A DNA stretch of 64,000 nt from positions 13,986-77,985 of the forward strand of contig JASMLP010000001.1 of assembly GCA_030748635.1 (NCBI GenBank), written 5' to 3'. Source of the DNA: Planctomycetota bacterium (GTDB lineage Bacteria; Planctomycetota; JACQVV01; JASMLP01). The position numbers and the translations under genes are program-made. Within the stretch, counting starts at the first letter, position 1. Every line of letters begins with the position of its first letter. Of this stretch, positions 26,845-37,292 are shown in pieces. Under the pieces are notes generated by a model that was not told where the DNA came from, searched no databases, and saw only the letters and a program-made list of their open reading frames with translations.

Positions 26845-28512
26845 TCAGTACTGAATCGAGCCGCCACCGACAAATTCCCGAAGCAGGGAGGTCAGTGGAA
26901 CCAGGTCCCGCGTGATCGGGAGGAAGAAAGAGAGGAATCGTAGCATTCGTCGAGCCTCCGGATAATTTTCATCATCCGGTGTGATTTGCCGAAGAAGCGG
27001 CTCCGCAAATGTTTTGAGAACCGCCAACTCATAGAGCAAAGCGGAATTGAACATGACCTGAGCCGATTCCTGAAAAGGGAAGATATGGCGCTCTTCCCCA
27101 CGCCGAACCGACCCCCACCTCTTCAGGGTTTCGCTGGCCGTATACCCTCGATAACGATGGTCTCGAACGATACGCCGGATGAGACGTACATTGGTTGTCG
27201 GAACTCGGTTGTGGTGATCGATATTCAACTGAGTCAAGGCGCTGATATAAATCTCGAATTTGAGTTCCTTTGGAATGGACGGGGAAAGACGTGGATTCAG
27301 CGCGTGGATTCCCTCGAGAACGAGGACGAAATCCGGTCCCAGTTCCATGGTGTCGCCACGAAACTCCTTACGTCCCTCACGAAAAGAGTAGTGAGGCAAC
27401 TCTACCGTCTCTCCACGCAAAAGAGCCGATAGGTGTTGGTCCAGAAGAGTCAGATCGAGCGCATCGGGAGACTCGAAGTCGTATTCTCCATTTTCATCTC
27501 GAGGATTATCTTTTCGATCCACGAAATAGTTATCCAACTCTAACGATTTCACCGGACAGCCGTTGAGCCGCAAATGAGTACTCACCCGCTTGGCAAACGT
27601 CGTTTTCCCGGAAGAGGAAGGGCCGGCGATCAAAACCACACGCGGCTGAGGCCGCAGAGAAACGACATGATCGGCCACTCGAGCCACTCGTTTTTCCTGC
27701 AGCGCCTCCGCGATATGTATGAGTTCGTGCAAATCCCCAGAAGCGATCACCTCATTCAACTGCCCAACCGTCTCGATTCCCAGAAGGGCACCCCAGCGCT
27801 CCTGGTCCCGAAGCATCTGTAACAACCGGGGTTGCTGAACGAGAGGAGCTACCGTGGATGAATCGCTCGGCTGGGGAAAACGCAGCAAAAAACCGGGGGG
27901 GTGATTGGTCAATTCGAATGTGCTCAGAGCTCCAGTCGATGGCAAAAGAGGACCGTAAAAATAGTCCAGATGGCCATCCAGTTCGACCAACTCCACCGTG
28001 GACGTTGCCAGATATCGAAGAAGCCGGATCTTGTCCGAATCCCCTGATCTCCCAAAAGCGACCAGAGCTTCATCCACATGCATTTCACGCAAAACGATGG
28101 GGAGATCCGAATGAATAATCTCCCACACCCGACTCCTTACAGACGAAATTTCATCCTTACTGAGAGGTCGGGATATATGGCAGTAGTACCCACTTTGCAA
28201 AGCGTGCTCGACCCGCAAGGTCTCTTCGGGAAAAAGGTCGGCCAAAGCCCGTATGAGGACCAGGCAGAGAGAACGTCGATAGGCTCGCAATCCCTCGATA
28301 TGCTCGATCCCGACAAATTCGAGACGCACATCTCGATGCAAAGGGCGTGTCAAGGGGACCGGCATGCGATCGACCAAAGCCACACAAAACCCATCCGAAG
28401 AGACCGTTCCTTCGGCCAGAATTTCGACTGGACGTGTACCATCAGCAACATGGCGTACGTCGCCACCAGCCAGCGAAACTTTCAGTTGATCGGATGTGGA
28501 CCAGTTTTTCAT
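26845..28512 (-). CDS. Uridine kinase/phosphoribulokinase-family P-loop kinase with an N-terminal TGS plus ThrRS/AlaRS-SAD-like extension; ORF extends to 28650, likely start at 28512 (MKNWST...)
   Basis: PRK/UK block AGPSSSGKTTFAKRV...LELDNYF in the C-terminal half. N-terminal KVSLAGGDVRHVADGTRPVEILAEG resembles a TGS domain. Confidence 0.6.
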   Translation of the reverse strand: MKNWSTSDQLKVSLAGGDVRHVADGTRPVEILAEGTVSSDGFCVALVDRMPVPLTRPLHRDVRLEFVGIEHIEGLRAYRRSLCLVLIRALADLFPEETLRVEHALQSGYYCHISRPLSKDEISSVRSRVWEIIHSDLPIVLREMHVDEALVAFGRSGDSDKIRLLRYLATSTVELVELDGHLDYFYGPLLPSTGALSTFELTNHPPGFLLRFPQPSDSSTVAPLVQQPRLLQMLRDQERWGALLGIETVGQLNEVIASGDLHELIHIAEALQEKRVARVADHVVSLRPQPRVVLIAGPSSSGKTTFAKRVSTHLRLNGCPVKSLELDNYFVDRKDNPRDENGEYDFESPDALDLTLLDQHLSALLRGETVELPHYSFREGRKEFRGDTMELGPDFVLVLEGIHALNPRLSPSIPKELKFEIYISALTQLNIDHHNRVPTTNVRLIRRIVRDHRYRGYTASETLKRWGSVRRGEERHIFPFQESAQVMFNSALLYELAVLKTFAEPLLRQITPDDENYPEARRMLRFLSFFLPITRDLVPLTSLLREFVGGGSIQY

Positions 28513-28591
28513 GAATCTCCTAAGCGACAAGCGAGGATACCGACCCTTCTTAGGCTTGGAAAGCTTCGATCTGAGGACTAGAATCCTTCCC

Positions 28592-29491
28592 ATGAGTGAC
28601 ACCCAAAACCGCGCCTTCCTCGTAGCAGACATGGAGGGCATTACAGGCATTTATCGACAGCGTCAGGTCCATACCGGCACGGAGATGTGGCGAAATGCCT
28701 TACCCCACTACCGAGAAGATGTATTCGCCGCCGCGCGCGGGTTTCTGGCGGCAGGCGCCCGCAAGGTATTGGTTCGGGATACTCATGACACCATGCAAAA
28801 CCTTCGGGGTCGCTCGATGCACCCGGATATCCAACTTCTTGCCGGCTTCCGTTCCGGTCCTCCCACAGCCTGGGGACCGATTCCTACGAGCCGTGTGGCA
28901 GGACTGATTGGCGCTCATGTCGCCGCCAGTTCATCGGTCGGTTTTTTTCCTCACACTCTCTGGGCGGTCTACAGCCGAGTCGAGTTGGACGGATCCGCCG
29001 TGGCAGAGGTGGATCTTCTCATTCGGCTCCTTTCAACTCAGCAAATACCTGTCGGCATGATCAGTGGAGACATTCACATTCTCGAATGGACAGCAGAACG
29101 ATACCCATGGATTGAGGGAGTTCCCATCGAAAAAGCAGAGTCTCCCAATACCGACTCGAAACAGAAGCAACTCTTCGAAAATCAACGAAACCAACTGCAG
29201 GAAACAGCCCAAAACTGTTGGAAGCGAGCTTCAACCCTCCCCCTGGTCCAGCACCAAGGTAACGCGACTCTGAAGTTGACCTGCAAGTCCAATTCGCTGG
29301 CCAAACGAGTTGCCCTGAGTTGGAAAATCCCTCGCGATGGCAACACCTTGATCCTGGAAGCGGAAAACTTTATCGAGGCCTTCGAAGCGTTCTTTCGGGT
29401 AACGTTTTTCAATCCCTATACTTACCGTTTACGGCGTCCACTCCTGGCTCTATTGACCAATTTCCACCGATTCCGCCATCGCCTCTGGTAA
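28592..29491 (+). CDS. Peptidase M55 (D-aminopeptidase DppA) family protein; ORF opens at 28496, likely start MSDTQNRAF
   Basis: The ADMEGITG motif near the N-terminus is characteristic of the M55 DppA family. Confidence 0.55.
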   Translation: MSDTQNRAFLVADMEGITGIYRQRQVHTGTEMWRNALPHYREDVFAAARGFLAAGARKVLVRDTHDTMQNLRGRSMHPDIQLLAGFRSGPPTAWGPIPTSRVAGLIGAHVAASSSVGFFPHTLWAVYSRVELDGSAVAEVDLLIRLLSTQQIPVGMISGDIHILEWTAERYPWIEGVPIEKAESPNTDSKQKQLFENQRNQLQETAQNCWKRASTLPLVQHQGNATLKLTCKSNSLAKRVALSWKIPRDGNTLILEAENFIEAFEAFFRVTFFNPYTYRLRRPLLALLTNFHRFRHRLW

Positions 29492-29497
29492 CACCTC

Positions 29498-30643
29498 ATG
29501 ATCTACCTCGACAACAACGCCACAACCCCGCTGGATCCTGCGGTTTTCGAAGCCATGACCCCCTTTCTGTCCACCCATTTTGGAAATCCCTCCTCGAACA
29601 ACAATCTGGGTCGATATGCGCGTCGATCTCTGGAAGATGCTCGTGAACGAGTCGCCCATACCCTGGGAGCTCACCCCACGGAGATCAGCTTCAACTCCGG
29701 CGGTACCGAAGGAGATAATCACGCTCTTCTGGGTAGCACCTTATTTCACCCCGATTCTCCTCCTCCGGGAACGATTCTCATCAGTCAGGTGGAACATCCG
29801 GCGATCGAAGAGCCGGCCAGGCGACTCGAAGTCCGAGGGTACCGAATCGATCGAATTCCAGTGGGCCCCGATGGGTGTGTCCGTATCTCAGACTTCGAGT
29901 CAGCCCTCGAAACCGACCCGAATATACGCCTGGTCAGCCTGATGCTTGCCAACAATGAGACCGGGGCGATTCAACCGGTCCGAGAAGTCAGTCAGCTTTG
30001 CAAAGAGCGTGGCATCCCGATTCATACCGACGCGGTCAATGCGGCGGGAAAAATTCCGGTGCGAGTCGACAATCTGAATATCGACCTGCTGACTCTCTCA
30101 GGCCACAAATTCCACGGCCCCAAAGGGGCCGGGATTCTCTATCGACGGTCCACCTGTTCTCTCGGCTCTCTGATGTCCGGTGGCGATCAGGAGGGGGCTC
30201 TCCGACCGGGTACAGAAAATGTTGCTCACGCCGCAGGTCTTGCTGTCGCACTTGAAAATGCGACGAAAAACCTGTCGGGCAATATCGAACGGATGAAGCG
30301 TCAATGTCAGTACCTGATGAAACAGATCGCCGCGATTCACCCCTCAGCTCGCCCGTCACTCTCCCCCGGCCCGGCCCTTCCCAACACGCTCTCTCTTTTG
30401 ATACCTGGCCACTCCTCCGCTTCACTGGTACAGAAACTCGACCAGAAAGGGGTCGCGGTGAGTGCGGGCGCGGCCTGTCACGCGGGAAAAACAGTGGCCA
30501 CTAGCCGGATCTTGGTCGCCTGTGGACTTTCTGAAACCGAAGCCAATCAAACCTTGAGAATTAGTTTATCTAGAGAAACTACCGATCAGGAACTGAAGCG
30601 AGCCATCGACGGTTTTCGTAGCGTTTTAGCAGCGACATGCTGA
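29498..30643 (+). CDS. Cysteine desulfurase (NifS/IscS family, class V aminotransferase)
   Basis: N-terminal IYLDNNATTPLDP, PLP-lysine region SGHKFHGPKGAGILY, and an active-site Cys region near AGAACHAG. Confidence 0.85.
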   Translation: MIYLDNNATTPLDPAVFEAMTPFLSTHFGNPSSNNNLGRYARRSLEDARERVAHTLGAHPTEISFNSGGTEGDNHALLGSTLFHPDSPPPGTILISQVEHPAIEEPARRLEVRGYRIDRIPVGPDGCVRISDFESALETDPNIRLVSLMLANNETGAIQPVREVSQLCKERGIPIHTDAVNAAGKIPVRVDNLNIDLLTLSGHKFHGPKGAGILYRRSTCSLGSLMSGGDQEGALRPGTENVAHAAGLAVALENATKNLSGNIERMKRQCQYLMKQIAAIHPSARPSLSPGPALPNTLSLLIPGHSSASLVQKLDQKGVAVSAGAACHAGKTVATSRILVACGLSETEANQTLRISLSRETTDQELKRAIDGFRSVLAATC

Positions 30644-30650
30644 CTCGATT

Positions 30651-31202
30651 TTAGAGTCGCCCCTCAGCCCTCTCCAGCAATCGCATAAGCTCCCCCTCCG
30701 GATCGAGGCCTTCGCGTGCCGATCGACGAAATTCCTTCAAGTCGAGCCCCTGGGCTGTTTCGTAATCGACCGAGGTCAACCCCATTTCCAACCGGTCCAC
30801 CTGCGCGACCAGTCGCGCCTCCTCAGTTTCCCCGGCCACCCACTCCTCGAACAGAGCACGCCAATGCTCTCCCGCCTCACCAGACCCGACAATCTTTGCT
30901 AACGCCTCCCGCTCCTCTTCATTCTTCTTCTCACGGGTCAATCCCGCCTCTCCGAGAATACGATCTCCGGTATGAGACTCCGCCAGATCATGAACCAAAG
31001 CCAATTCCACGATCCTTTCAACGTTCAGTCCCAAACGCCGCCCGAGATAGGCCCCAATCCAAACCACTCGAAATGAATGATCGGCTACAGATTCCGGTGA
31101 AGACACCGCTTTCCGCACCCATCCCGTTCTCTCGATACGTTTGAGTTTCCCCACCGCGTCGAAAAGATCCAGCATCTCATCGAATGTTCTGGACACCACC
31201 AT
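30651..31202 (-). CDS. HD-domain phosphohydrolase (YfbR-like 5'-nucleotidase family)
   Basis: HD motifs HSFRVVWIG...LVHDLAESHTGD. Confidence 0.75.
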   Translation of the reverse strand: MVVSRTFDEMLDLFDAVGKLKRIERTGWVRKAVSSPESVADHSFRVVWIGAYLGRRLGLNVERIVELALVHDLAESHTGDRILGEAGLTREKKNEEEREALAKIVGSGEAGEHWRALFEEWVAGETEEARLVAQVDRLEMGLTSVDYETAQGLDLKEFRRSAREGLDPEGELMRLLERAEGRL

Positions 31203-31228
31203 CTCCTGAATTCAAGAAGAAGGAGGGA

Positions 31229-31256
31229 CCGGACTCCGGCCGAAACCGGAGTCCGG
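31229..31256 (-). terminator. Perfect 11-bp inverted repeat CCGGACTCCGG-ccgaaa-CCGGAGTCCGG, a possible terminator for the minus-strand gene ending at 31396
   Basis: Perfect stem seen in the sequence. On the minus strand it is followed by the pyrimidine/T-rich run tccctccttcttctt. Confidence 0.4.
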
Positions 31257-31395
31257 GAGATAGAGAGAGCACTTCAGACTGAAGAGCCTCTAGGGAAATG
31301 AGATGAGGAGGGCTGTTGAGGTGGGATATTGGCCTCCTTCACAACGGAGCCACTCTGACTCATCTTCGCGATCGATCGATAGGGCTGAAACAACC

Positions 31396-32067
31396 TCATC
31401 GATTCTTCACAAAGTAAGCAGAGCTAAATTGTTGACGACCTTCATAGGTCATGCTTCGAATTCGATCTTTGAGCAAACGCGCATGTCGACTTCTCGGTGA
31501 ATCGAAACTACCGATATCGATGACCCAGTATCGTCCGGATGTTCGACACCGAATACCTTCGATTCCCTCATCTTCAAGCCGCTCGGCAATATCACGAACG
31601 ATCTTTTCAGTACTTGGATTTCTCGGAAGAGCGATGATCCGGAGTTGATAAGGCCCAGACCGGGAATCAGAATCCCGAGTCGGCGACAGATCCTCTACCG
31701 GCAAGGAGGTGGACGGACTCGAGTCCTCCCGACTTTCCAAGCGCCCCCGGAGCCTGGCAACTTCTTCGTGGTAAGCCAGAATGCCCTTTTCCTTTTCGTT
31801 TAGAGTGTGATCCCGTTCCGCCACTTTTTGCTGAAGCGACTCCAACTCATCCGTCTTCTCGACAAGACGACGATGAAGCAGGATCCTCTCCGACTCGAGT
31901 TTCTGGTTCCGCTGCTGTAAACGAGCGTTTTCCTCTTCGAGACGAAGTATTCGTTGAATATCTTGCTGTGACGTTTGTCCCGTAACTGCAGATCGAACGG
32001 ATGATTTCTGAGCGCATCCCACAACCAGCAATACCAAGGTCAAACTCCCCACGGACAGGCGCATCAC
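31396..32067 (-). CDS. Lipoprotein with coiled-coil region and a C-terminal SPOR-like domain (putative)
   Basis: Lipobox LLVVGC. A heptad-rich central region. The C-terminal ~80 aa has a SPOR-like hydrophobic pattern (YQLRIIAL...YWVIDIGSF). Confidence 0.45.
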   Translation of the reverse strand: MMRLSVGSLTLVLLVVGCAQKSSVRSAVTGQTSQQDIQRILRLEEENARLQQRNQKLESERILLHRRLVEKTDELESLQQKVAERDHTLNEKEKGILAYHEEVARLRGRLESREDSSPSTSLPVEDLSPTRDSDSRSGPYQLRIIALPRNPSTEKIVRDIAERLEDEGIEGIRCRTSGRYWVIDIGSFDSPRSRHARLLKDRIRSMTYEGRQQFSSAYFVKNR

Positions 32068-32336
32068 TTTCGGTTATCTCCCTGAGCCTCCCTGTCGATC
32101 CCAGCGGGTCCAGTGGAATAGATTTCCATAGACACAAGATCTGGTATACCAACCACATCTTGATACCACTGCGTAAAATTGTACTAGTGATGGTAGACAT
32201 GTCAACACCATGTGTTCGAAATTTCACACCAGAACTTGATCAGTTCTTCACATGAAACCGCTTCGAACCGGGGGTGGCATCGCGTCCACTCCCTCCGTGC
32301 CCACCCATCACTCGCCGACTCCGAACAAGCCGTCGC

Positions 32337-32876
32337 TCAAAGAAACCGTTCGAGAAAGACGAACAGTGTACGCTCGACCAAAACCGCAAACAGGTTGGCA
32401 ATCGGTATCGCGACCCAGACCCTCTTGGGCCGTGAAGGCTGAAAAAGAAGAACCAAAAGAAGCGGTTCGAACAACACGGAAAAGAGTAACGGCGCGACCA
32501 CATGACCGACGACCCCATCACTGGAAATGTCGATCGACGAAACGGCCCAGGTAATTGGTGTAGGTAACAGATAGGAGTTTGGCTGCACGGAAAAAAAGAC
32601 ACATCCCAGCAGCATGCTCAGGACCTGAACCACCAAGAGAGACTTCAGAGCGCGAGGAATATTCCGCACGGTTTGTCGATAAAACAGATATTTAACAACC
32701 AGATTGACTCCCACAATCCAGACTCCAAATCGCACGCCGTGCCGAATCTGGTCGTACAACTGCTCCGCTTGCTGAGCCTGCAGCAAAGAGGAACACAAGC
32801 CCCCTATCAAAACTCCAAAAAAGATGGGCCTGACTGGCAACGACGTCCTTTTTTTCCCCTCTCTCATGAGTGTCAT
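32337..32876 (-). CDS. Integral membrane protein of unknown function
   Basis: Several hydrophobic helices; coding-like ORF. Confidence 0.4.
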   Translation of the reverse strand: MTLMREGKKRTSLPVRPIFFGVLIGGLCSSLLQAQQAEQLYDQIRHGVRFGVWIVGVNLVVKYLFYRQTVRNIPRALKSLLVVQVLSMLLGCVFFSVQPNSYLLPTPITWAVSSIDISSDGVVGHVVAPLLFSVLFEPLLLVLLFQPSRPKRVWVAIPIANLFAVLVERTLFVFLERFL

Positions 32877-33066
32877 GCTATCGACTCATAACCAAAGAAG
32901 CATCTTCTCTTCGCCCAAAAGGGCATCCTGGAATCCCCCCACATAAATCCCGAATCACCATTCCGCTCCCAGGAGCCCTATCACGCATTCGAAAACTTCA
33001 CTCCCAAGAACAGAACGTCGAGATGATCCGAATAAATCGCACACAGGGAAACCCCTCCAAAATCGA

Positions 33067-34368
33067 TCATTCTTTACGAAAGCGCTTTCGCAAAGAACTC
33101 CACCATCGAGTATGTTTTCGCCCAACTGGGGCCAAGCTCTCCACCTCAACTTCCTCCTGCTGGGCGAGAAGGATCGCTTGCTCAAACTCCCCTCCATCCG
33201 CATATCGATCCTCTGGAGAGTGGCGAGTTGCATGGAAACACACTCGAGCGAGGCCGGAGTCGACACGACTCTCTTCTCCTCCCGGCTCATAGCCGTCCTG
33301 AGAGAGGATAAACCGAACCGCCTCCAGCGGCGTACGACCCTGGTGAGGCAGTCGCCCCCTCAACGAGTAGTAGAGCATAATCCCCAGCGCATACACATCC
33401 GATGCCGGCCCCACTCGCTCCATTTCCCCCTCCAACTGTTCGGGAGACATATAACTGGGCGTTCCTATCTTCTGCCCCATCTGAGTCAAAACCGTTGAAC
33501 CGTCGATCTCTTTGGCCAGCCCGAAGTCCGTCACCCGAGGGCTCTGTTCCCCATCCAAGAGCACATTCGCCGGCTTGAGATCTCGGTGAACAACCCCCTG
33601 ATCGTGGGCTGCCCCAACTCCCGAAGCGATTCCACGAATGATCTCGACCGCCTCAACCCGATCAAAAGAGCCCGCAAGATACGAGTCAAAATTGTGACCT
33701 TCCAGGTATTCCAAGACGAGAAAAGGAGGCTGAGAACGCATATCAAAGTCGACCACTTCCACAATATGCTCATGCTTCAAGCTGGAAAGAAGGCGCGCTT
33801 CACGTTCGAATCGTTTAATCAAAATTTCATCGTCCCGATCGAACCGAAGGACCTTCAAAGCAACCGATCGGTCGTGCTTGGGATCTCGCGCCAAATACAC
33901 CTCACCCACCGCGCCCATTCCCAAGACCCACTGCGGCTCATAGTGCCCGATTCGAGCAGGAATACTTCTCTCCCTCGCCTGCGTAGGCTTCTCTTCCCGC
34001 ACTGTCTCGTCATTCTTCAGGCTGGAAGTAACCTCGATCAACTCGTAATTCATCCCACATTCACGACAGACTTGCCCACTACCATCGCCCCCCACAAGCG
34101 TTCTGCCGCAACCCAAGCAGCCAAGCAGATGGCCATTCGACTTTTTCAGAAGCCGAACCAGATCCTCAACCATCAACGATTTACGCCGGAACAACACCTG
34201 ATGCAAAAGTATGGGACGCCCAGCATCCTTGCGACGTTGCCATTCTCCCAACGCGCCAGCGAGAATCTCCGCGGAGACAATCCGCTCCCGCAACAAGACT
34301 GCCGAGAGGTGTTCAACCCCAGATTCTTCGATGTTATTCACGACCCCAGTGTTGTCTTCCAGGAACAA
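33067..34368 (-). CDS. Ser/Thr protein kinase with an N-terminal Cys4 zinc-ribbon-like segment
   Basis: CLGCG...CRECG, then kinase motifs HRDLKPANVLL, DFG and SPE. Confidence 0.85.
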   Translation of the reverse strand: MFLEDNTGVVNNIEESGVEHLSAVLLRERIVSAEILAGALGEWQRRKDAGRPILLHQVLFRRKSLMVEDLVRLLKKSNGHLLGCLGCGRTLVGGDGSGQVCRECGMNYELIEVTSSLKNDETVREEKPTQARERSIPARIGHYEPQWVLGMGAVGEVYLARDPKHDRSVALKVLRFDRDDEILIKRFEREARLLSSLKHEHIVEVVDFDMRSQPPFLVLEYLEGHNFDSYLAGSFDRVEAVEIIRGIASGVGAAHDQGVVHRDLKPANVLLDGEQSPRVTDFGLAKEIDGSTVLTQMGQKIGTPSYMSPEQLEGEMERVGPASDVYALGIMLYYSLRGRLPHQGRTPLEAVRFILSQDGYEPGGEESRVDSGLARVCFHATRHSPEDRYADGGEFEQAILLAQQEEVEVESLAPVGRKHTRWWSSLRKRFRKE

Positions 34369-34405
34369 ATTTCAAGAACACAACCATTTTCCTCGATGCC
34401 TCCAT

Positions 34406-35764
34406 TCACCCAGAATGCTCAATTTGCCAGAATCCTCCTCCTCCCCACCCCTTCTCCGGCCACGACATCACCCCTCGAAGAAAACGAAATTCCGGCGCTT
34501 CAGCGACCACGGATCGAACCAACCCCTCGTTTTCCTCCTCCTCTAAGCTGCAAGTCGAGTAAGTCAGTACACCGCCAGAAGCCAACCGAGTTAACGCCAC
34601 GCGCAACAGTTTTCTCTGGCTCTCGATCAACGTCCTCAACGACTCCCCATGAAATCGCCATCGCGCCTCAGCTCGACGCGCCAGAACCCCCGTATTCGAA
34701 CAAGGTACATCCAGCAAAATGCGATCAAACGTCTCTTCCTCCCGAAATGGCAAGGAAGACACATCAGCGCACAAGACGATCACCCCGGAAAAACCGAGGC
34801 GTTTCAGCCCCGAGGCGATCTTCCGGGTTCGCTTCAAGTCACGATCAACCGCCACGACCCCCTCTCCTCCAGCGATTTCAGCCAAATGGGCTGTTTTACC
34901 TCCTGGCGCGGCGCACAATTCGAGAATCCTCTGTCCTGGCCGGACATTTGCGGCTGGGACCACTTGGGCCTGGGTCGGATCCTGAACCACGAACCACCCC
35001 TCCTGATAACCGGGATAATTCCGAGGATCCCCCCCTTTGGCCACGAACCATGTCCCGACCTCTGGCCCCGGAGTCAGTGAAAGGCCCTGAGATTCGAACG
35101 CCTCCCGAAACCGTTCCGGCTCCACTCGCCCCGAAACCTGACGAAGCGAGAGAGCAGGACGGCGGTTTCCGGCCAGCAAAAACACTTCCGTCCGCTCCCG
35201 TCCATGACGGGACAACCAGCGATCCACCAAGAATCGAGGATGAGAGTGTATAGCCGCTAAATATCCGCCCAGATCGGTTTCCGGATCCGGAAAGACTGCG
35301 CGATCAAAAAAAAGAGTCGTCCCGTCAAATCGAGAGAAGCCAAAGCGTGGATCGTTCGAGCCCCCCCCTCCCCCTCTTTTCAAGGAGTCCGATATCCGCC
35401 TCAGCATCGCATTGACATATCCAGATGCCCGACGACGAGAGCTCTTCTTGACCAATTGTACCGTTTCGTGAACTGCCGCATGCACAGGGATTCGATCACA
35501 AAAAAGTAACTGATAAAGCCCCAGTCGGACCACTTCATGAACAAATCGGTCCAGTTTTTCCAGCGGCCTTTTGGAAAACACTTTTGCCACCGAATCGATC
35601 GTTCCACGCATTCGAACCGTTCCCAGAGTCAACTCTCTAGCCAGCCGCCGATCCACGGGAGACAAGTCAGATTTGGCCAGAAATCGATCCAGGATTTCCT
35701 CGACAAACTCCCGGCCGGGAACCTTCAAAAGAGAAGAAAGTGCGATCCCGCGAGGCCCCTTCAC
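34406..35764 (-). CDS. rsmB: 16S rRNA (cytosine967-C5)-methyltransferase RsmB/Sun, with NusB-like N-domain
   Basis: SAM-MTase motifs ILELCAAPGGKT and FDRILLDVPCSNTGV. Confidence 0.85.
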   Translation of the reverse strand: MKGPRGIALSSLLKVPGREFVEEILDRFLAKSDLSPVDRRLARELTLGTVRMRGTIDSVAKVFSKRPLEKLDRFVHEVVRLGLYQLLFCDRIPVHAAVHETVQLVKKSSRRRASGYVNAMLRRISDSLKRGGGGGSNDPRFGFSRFDGTTLFFDRAVFPDPETDLGGYLAAIHSHPRFLVDRWLSRHGRERTEVFLLAGNRRPALSLRQVSGRVEPERFREAFESQGLSLTPGPEVGTWFVAKGGDPRNYPGYQEGWFVVQDPTQAQVVPAANVRPGQRILELCAAPGGKTAHLAEIAGGEGVVAVDRDLKRTRKIASGLKRLGFSGVIVLCADVSSLPFREEETFDRILLDVPCSNTGVLARRAEARWRFHGESLRTLIESQRKLLRVALTRLASGGVLTYSTCSLEEEENEGLVRSVVAEAPEFRFLRGVMSWPEKGWGGGGFWQIEHSG

Positions 35765-35813
35765 AGTAACCGCCCTCCACCATCTTCAAAGCGCTTGGAT
35801 ACGTTCATTCTAT

Positions 35814-37283
35814 TTACCGCAATATTTTCATGCGAAACAAAGGGAAGTAGGTCCAGAATGCCCTGCCGACGATGTTTTCTCTAGGCACCGTGACAATATA
35901 GGGAATCTCCCAGCCTTGGTGCCTATATTTTGACCGAGAGACGAGGCCCTCTCGCAGCTCGGTGGGCAGATCCAGGTCCGAAGGAATCCGCGCTCCCTCT
36001 GGATTCTCCAACCGAGATACCGACAAACTTCTCATTACACCATTCACATCGTAAAAATGAATAGATTCCTCTCCTCCGGATTGGACGCGGCGGACGGGAT
36101 TCATCGGATTCCCTACCTCCTTATCTACCACCGCTAAAAAACGCCCTTTTGAATCCAGATACCGGAAACGGCGAATCTGCCATTTCCGACTATCCTGTGA
36201 ATTGGGACTATTATCTCCCAGCACCAGGAATCGCCCATGAGGGACCGATAACACCCGATTTTCGGCCAGTAACCCGATCCCGGTGTAGTGGATATCCCGA
36301 TCGATCGCCAACCGTTCCACTCGGCCCTCACAACCGTTCAGACCGAAAGATATCTGAACATCCTCGGTCCACCGATACGCTCCCTCATAGGAGCGATCGA
36401 GCAAAATTTCAGCCGCCAAAACACCCTTCACATGAACGCGAACGATCCCATCACATTGCTCCAACTGAACGCTTACCTTCTGCCCGGCACCCAACTGCCC
36501 ATCCACTTTTTTTCGAAGAATCTTCATCTCGTCTTCGTACTGAACCGTGAGTTCCCCCTCTCCGACACCGACCGGAAGCTCCAGACGAACTCGCTTTTTC
36601 ATTCGCTGGGGCCTTTCACGAACCGAGGGTCCATCCAGAACGTCCTCCAACTGCAGCCACAGAGTTCCATCACCCCGAGCCAAAAATAGAAATCCGACCC
36701 GAAGATCCGAGACAGGGACCGGATCCAAAACTTTCGACTCCCCCTCCTTCCAGTAATCGCTCGTCACCCCGGCCGGATGGATATACCGAATAGACTCCCC
36801 CCGACGAATCGATAATGCCTGGAGGGAATCGGTCTCGAATTCCCCGCCTTCCCAGAACTGATCCGCCCCCTCCTTCGACCACGATGGGGGATATACAGGC
36901 AACCAAAAGGCCTCCTGGACACGAGAGGACTTGCTCACCAAGGTGCCGTTGGCATAGATATCGCCACGCCGAATTCTAATTTCCTCACCCGGCATCCCCA
37001 CGATCCGCTTGACAAAGTATCGAGATCGATTCATCGGATATCTGAAAACCACCACATCCCAGCGCCGAAGAGGGTCAAACCGGTGAGACAAACGATCGAC
37101 CAGGATCCGATCTCGATCCCGATCTCCACCGACCAGGGTCGGTTCCATCGAACTGCTGGGGATTTGAAACGTTCCCAGCAAGAAGGTGGTCAAGATCAGA
37201 AAAAATATCGAGGCGAAGATAAAACTGTCGATCCACTCGCGAAACGAGCGAGGCTTCCTGACATCATTTTTCGGCGACTCCAT
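35814..37283 (-). CDS. lepB: Signal peptidase I (S26, LepB) paralogue with a ~300-aa insertion between boxes D and E
   Basis: TM anchor. Box B SSSMEPTL, box D FVKRIVGMPGEEI, and box E GDNSPNSQDSRKW. Confidence 0.8.
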   Translation of the reverse strand: MESPKNDVRKPRSFREWIDSFIFASIFFLILTTFLLGTFQIPSSSMEPTLVGGDRDRDRILVDRLSHRFDPLRRWDVVVFRYPMNRSRYFVKRIVGMPGEEIRIRRGDIYANGTLVSKSSRVQEAFWLPVYPPSWSKEGADQFWEGGEFETDSLQALSIRRGESIRYIHPAGVTSDYWKEGESKVLDPVPVSDLRVGFLFLARGDGTLWLQLEDVLDGPSVRERPQRMKKRVRLELPVGVGEGELTVQYEDEMKILRKKVDGQLGAGQKVSVQLEQCDGIVRVHVKGVLAAEILLDRSYEGAYRWTEDVQISFGLNGCEGRVERLAIDRDIHYTGIGLLAENRVLSVPHGRFLVLGDNSPNSQDSRKWQIRRFRYLDSKGRFLAVVDKEVGNPMNPVRRVQSGGEESIHFYDVNGVMRSLSVSRLENPEGARIPSDLDLPTELREGLVSRSKYRHQGWEIPYIVTVPRENIVGRAFWTYFPLFRMKILR

Positions 37284-37292
37284 TCCGGCCGA

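Noticed and set aside
33586-35253. 555-aa + strand ORF antisense to the Ser/Thr kinase and rsmB
   Set aside because: Pro/Arg/Ser-rich low-complexity translation, while the minus-strand genes have unambiguous kinase and RsmB motifs
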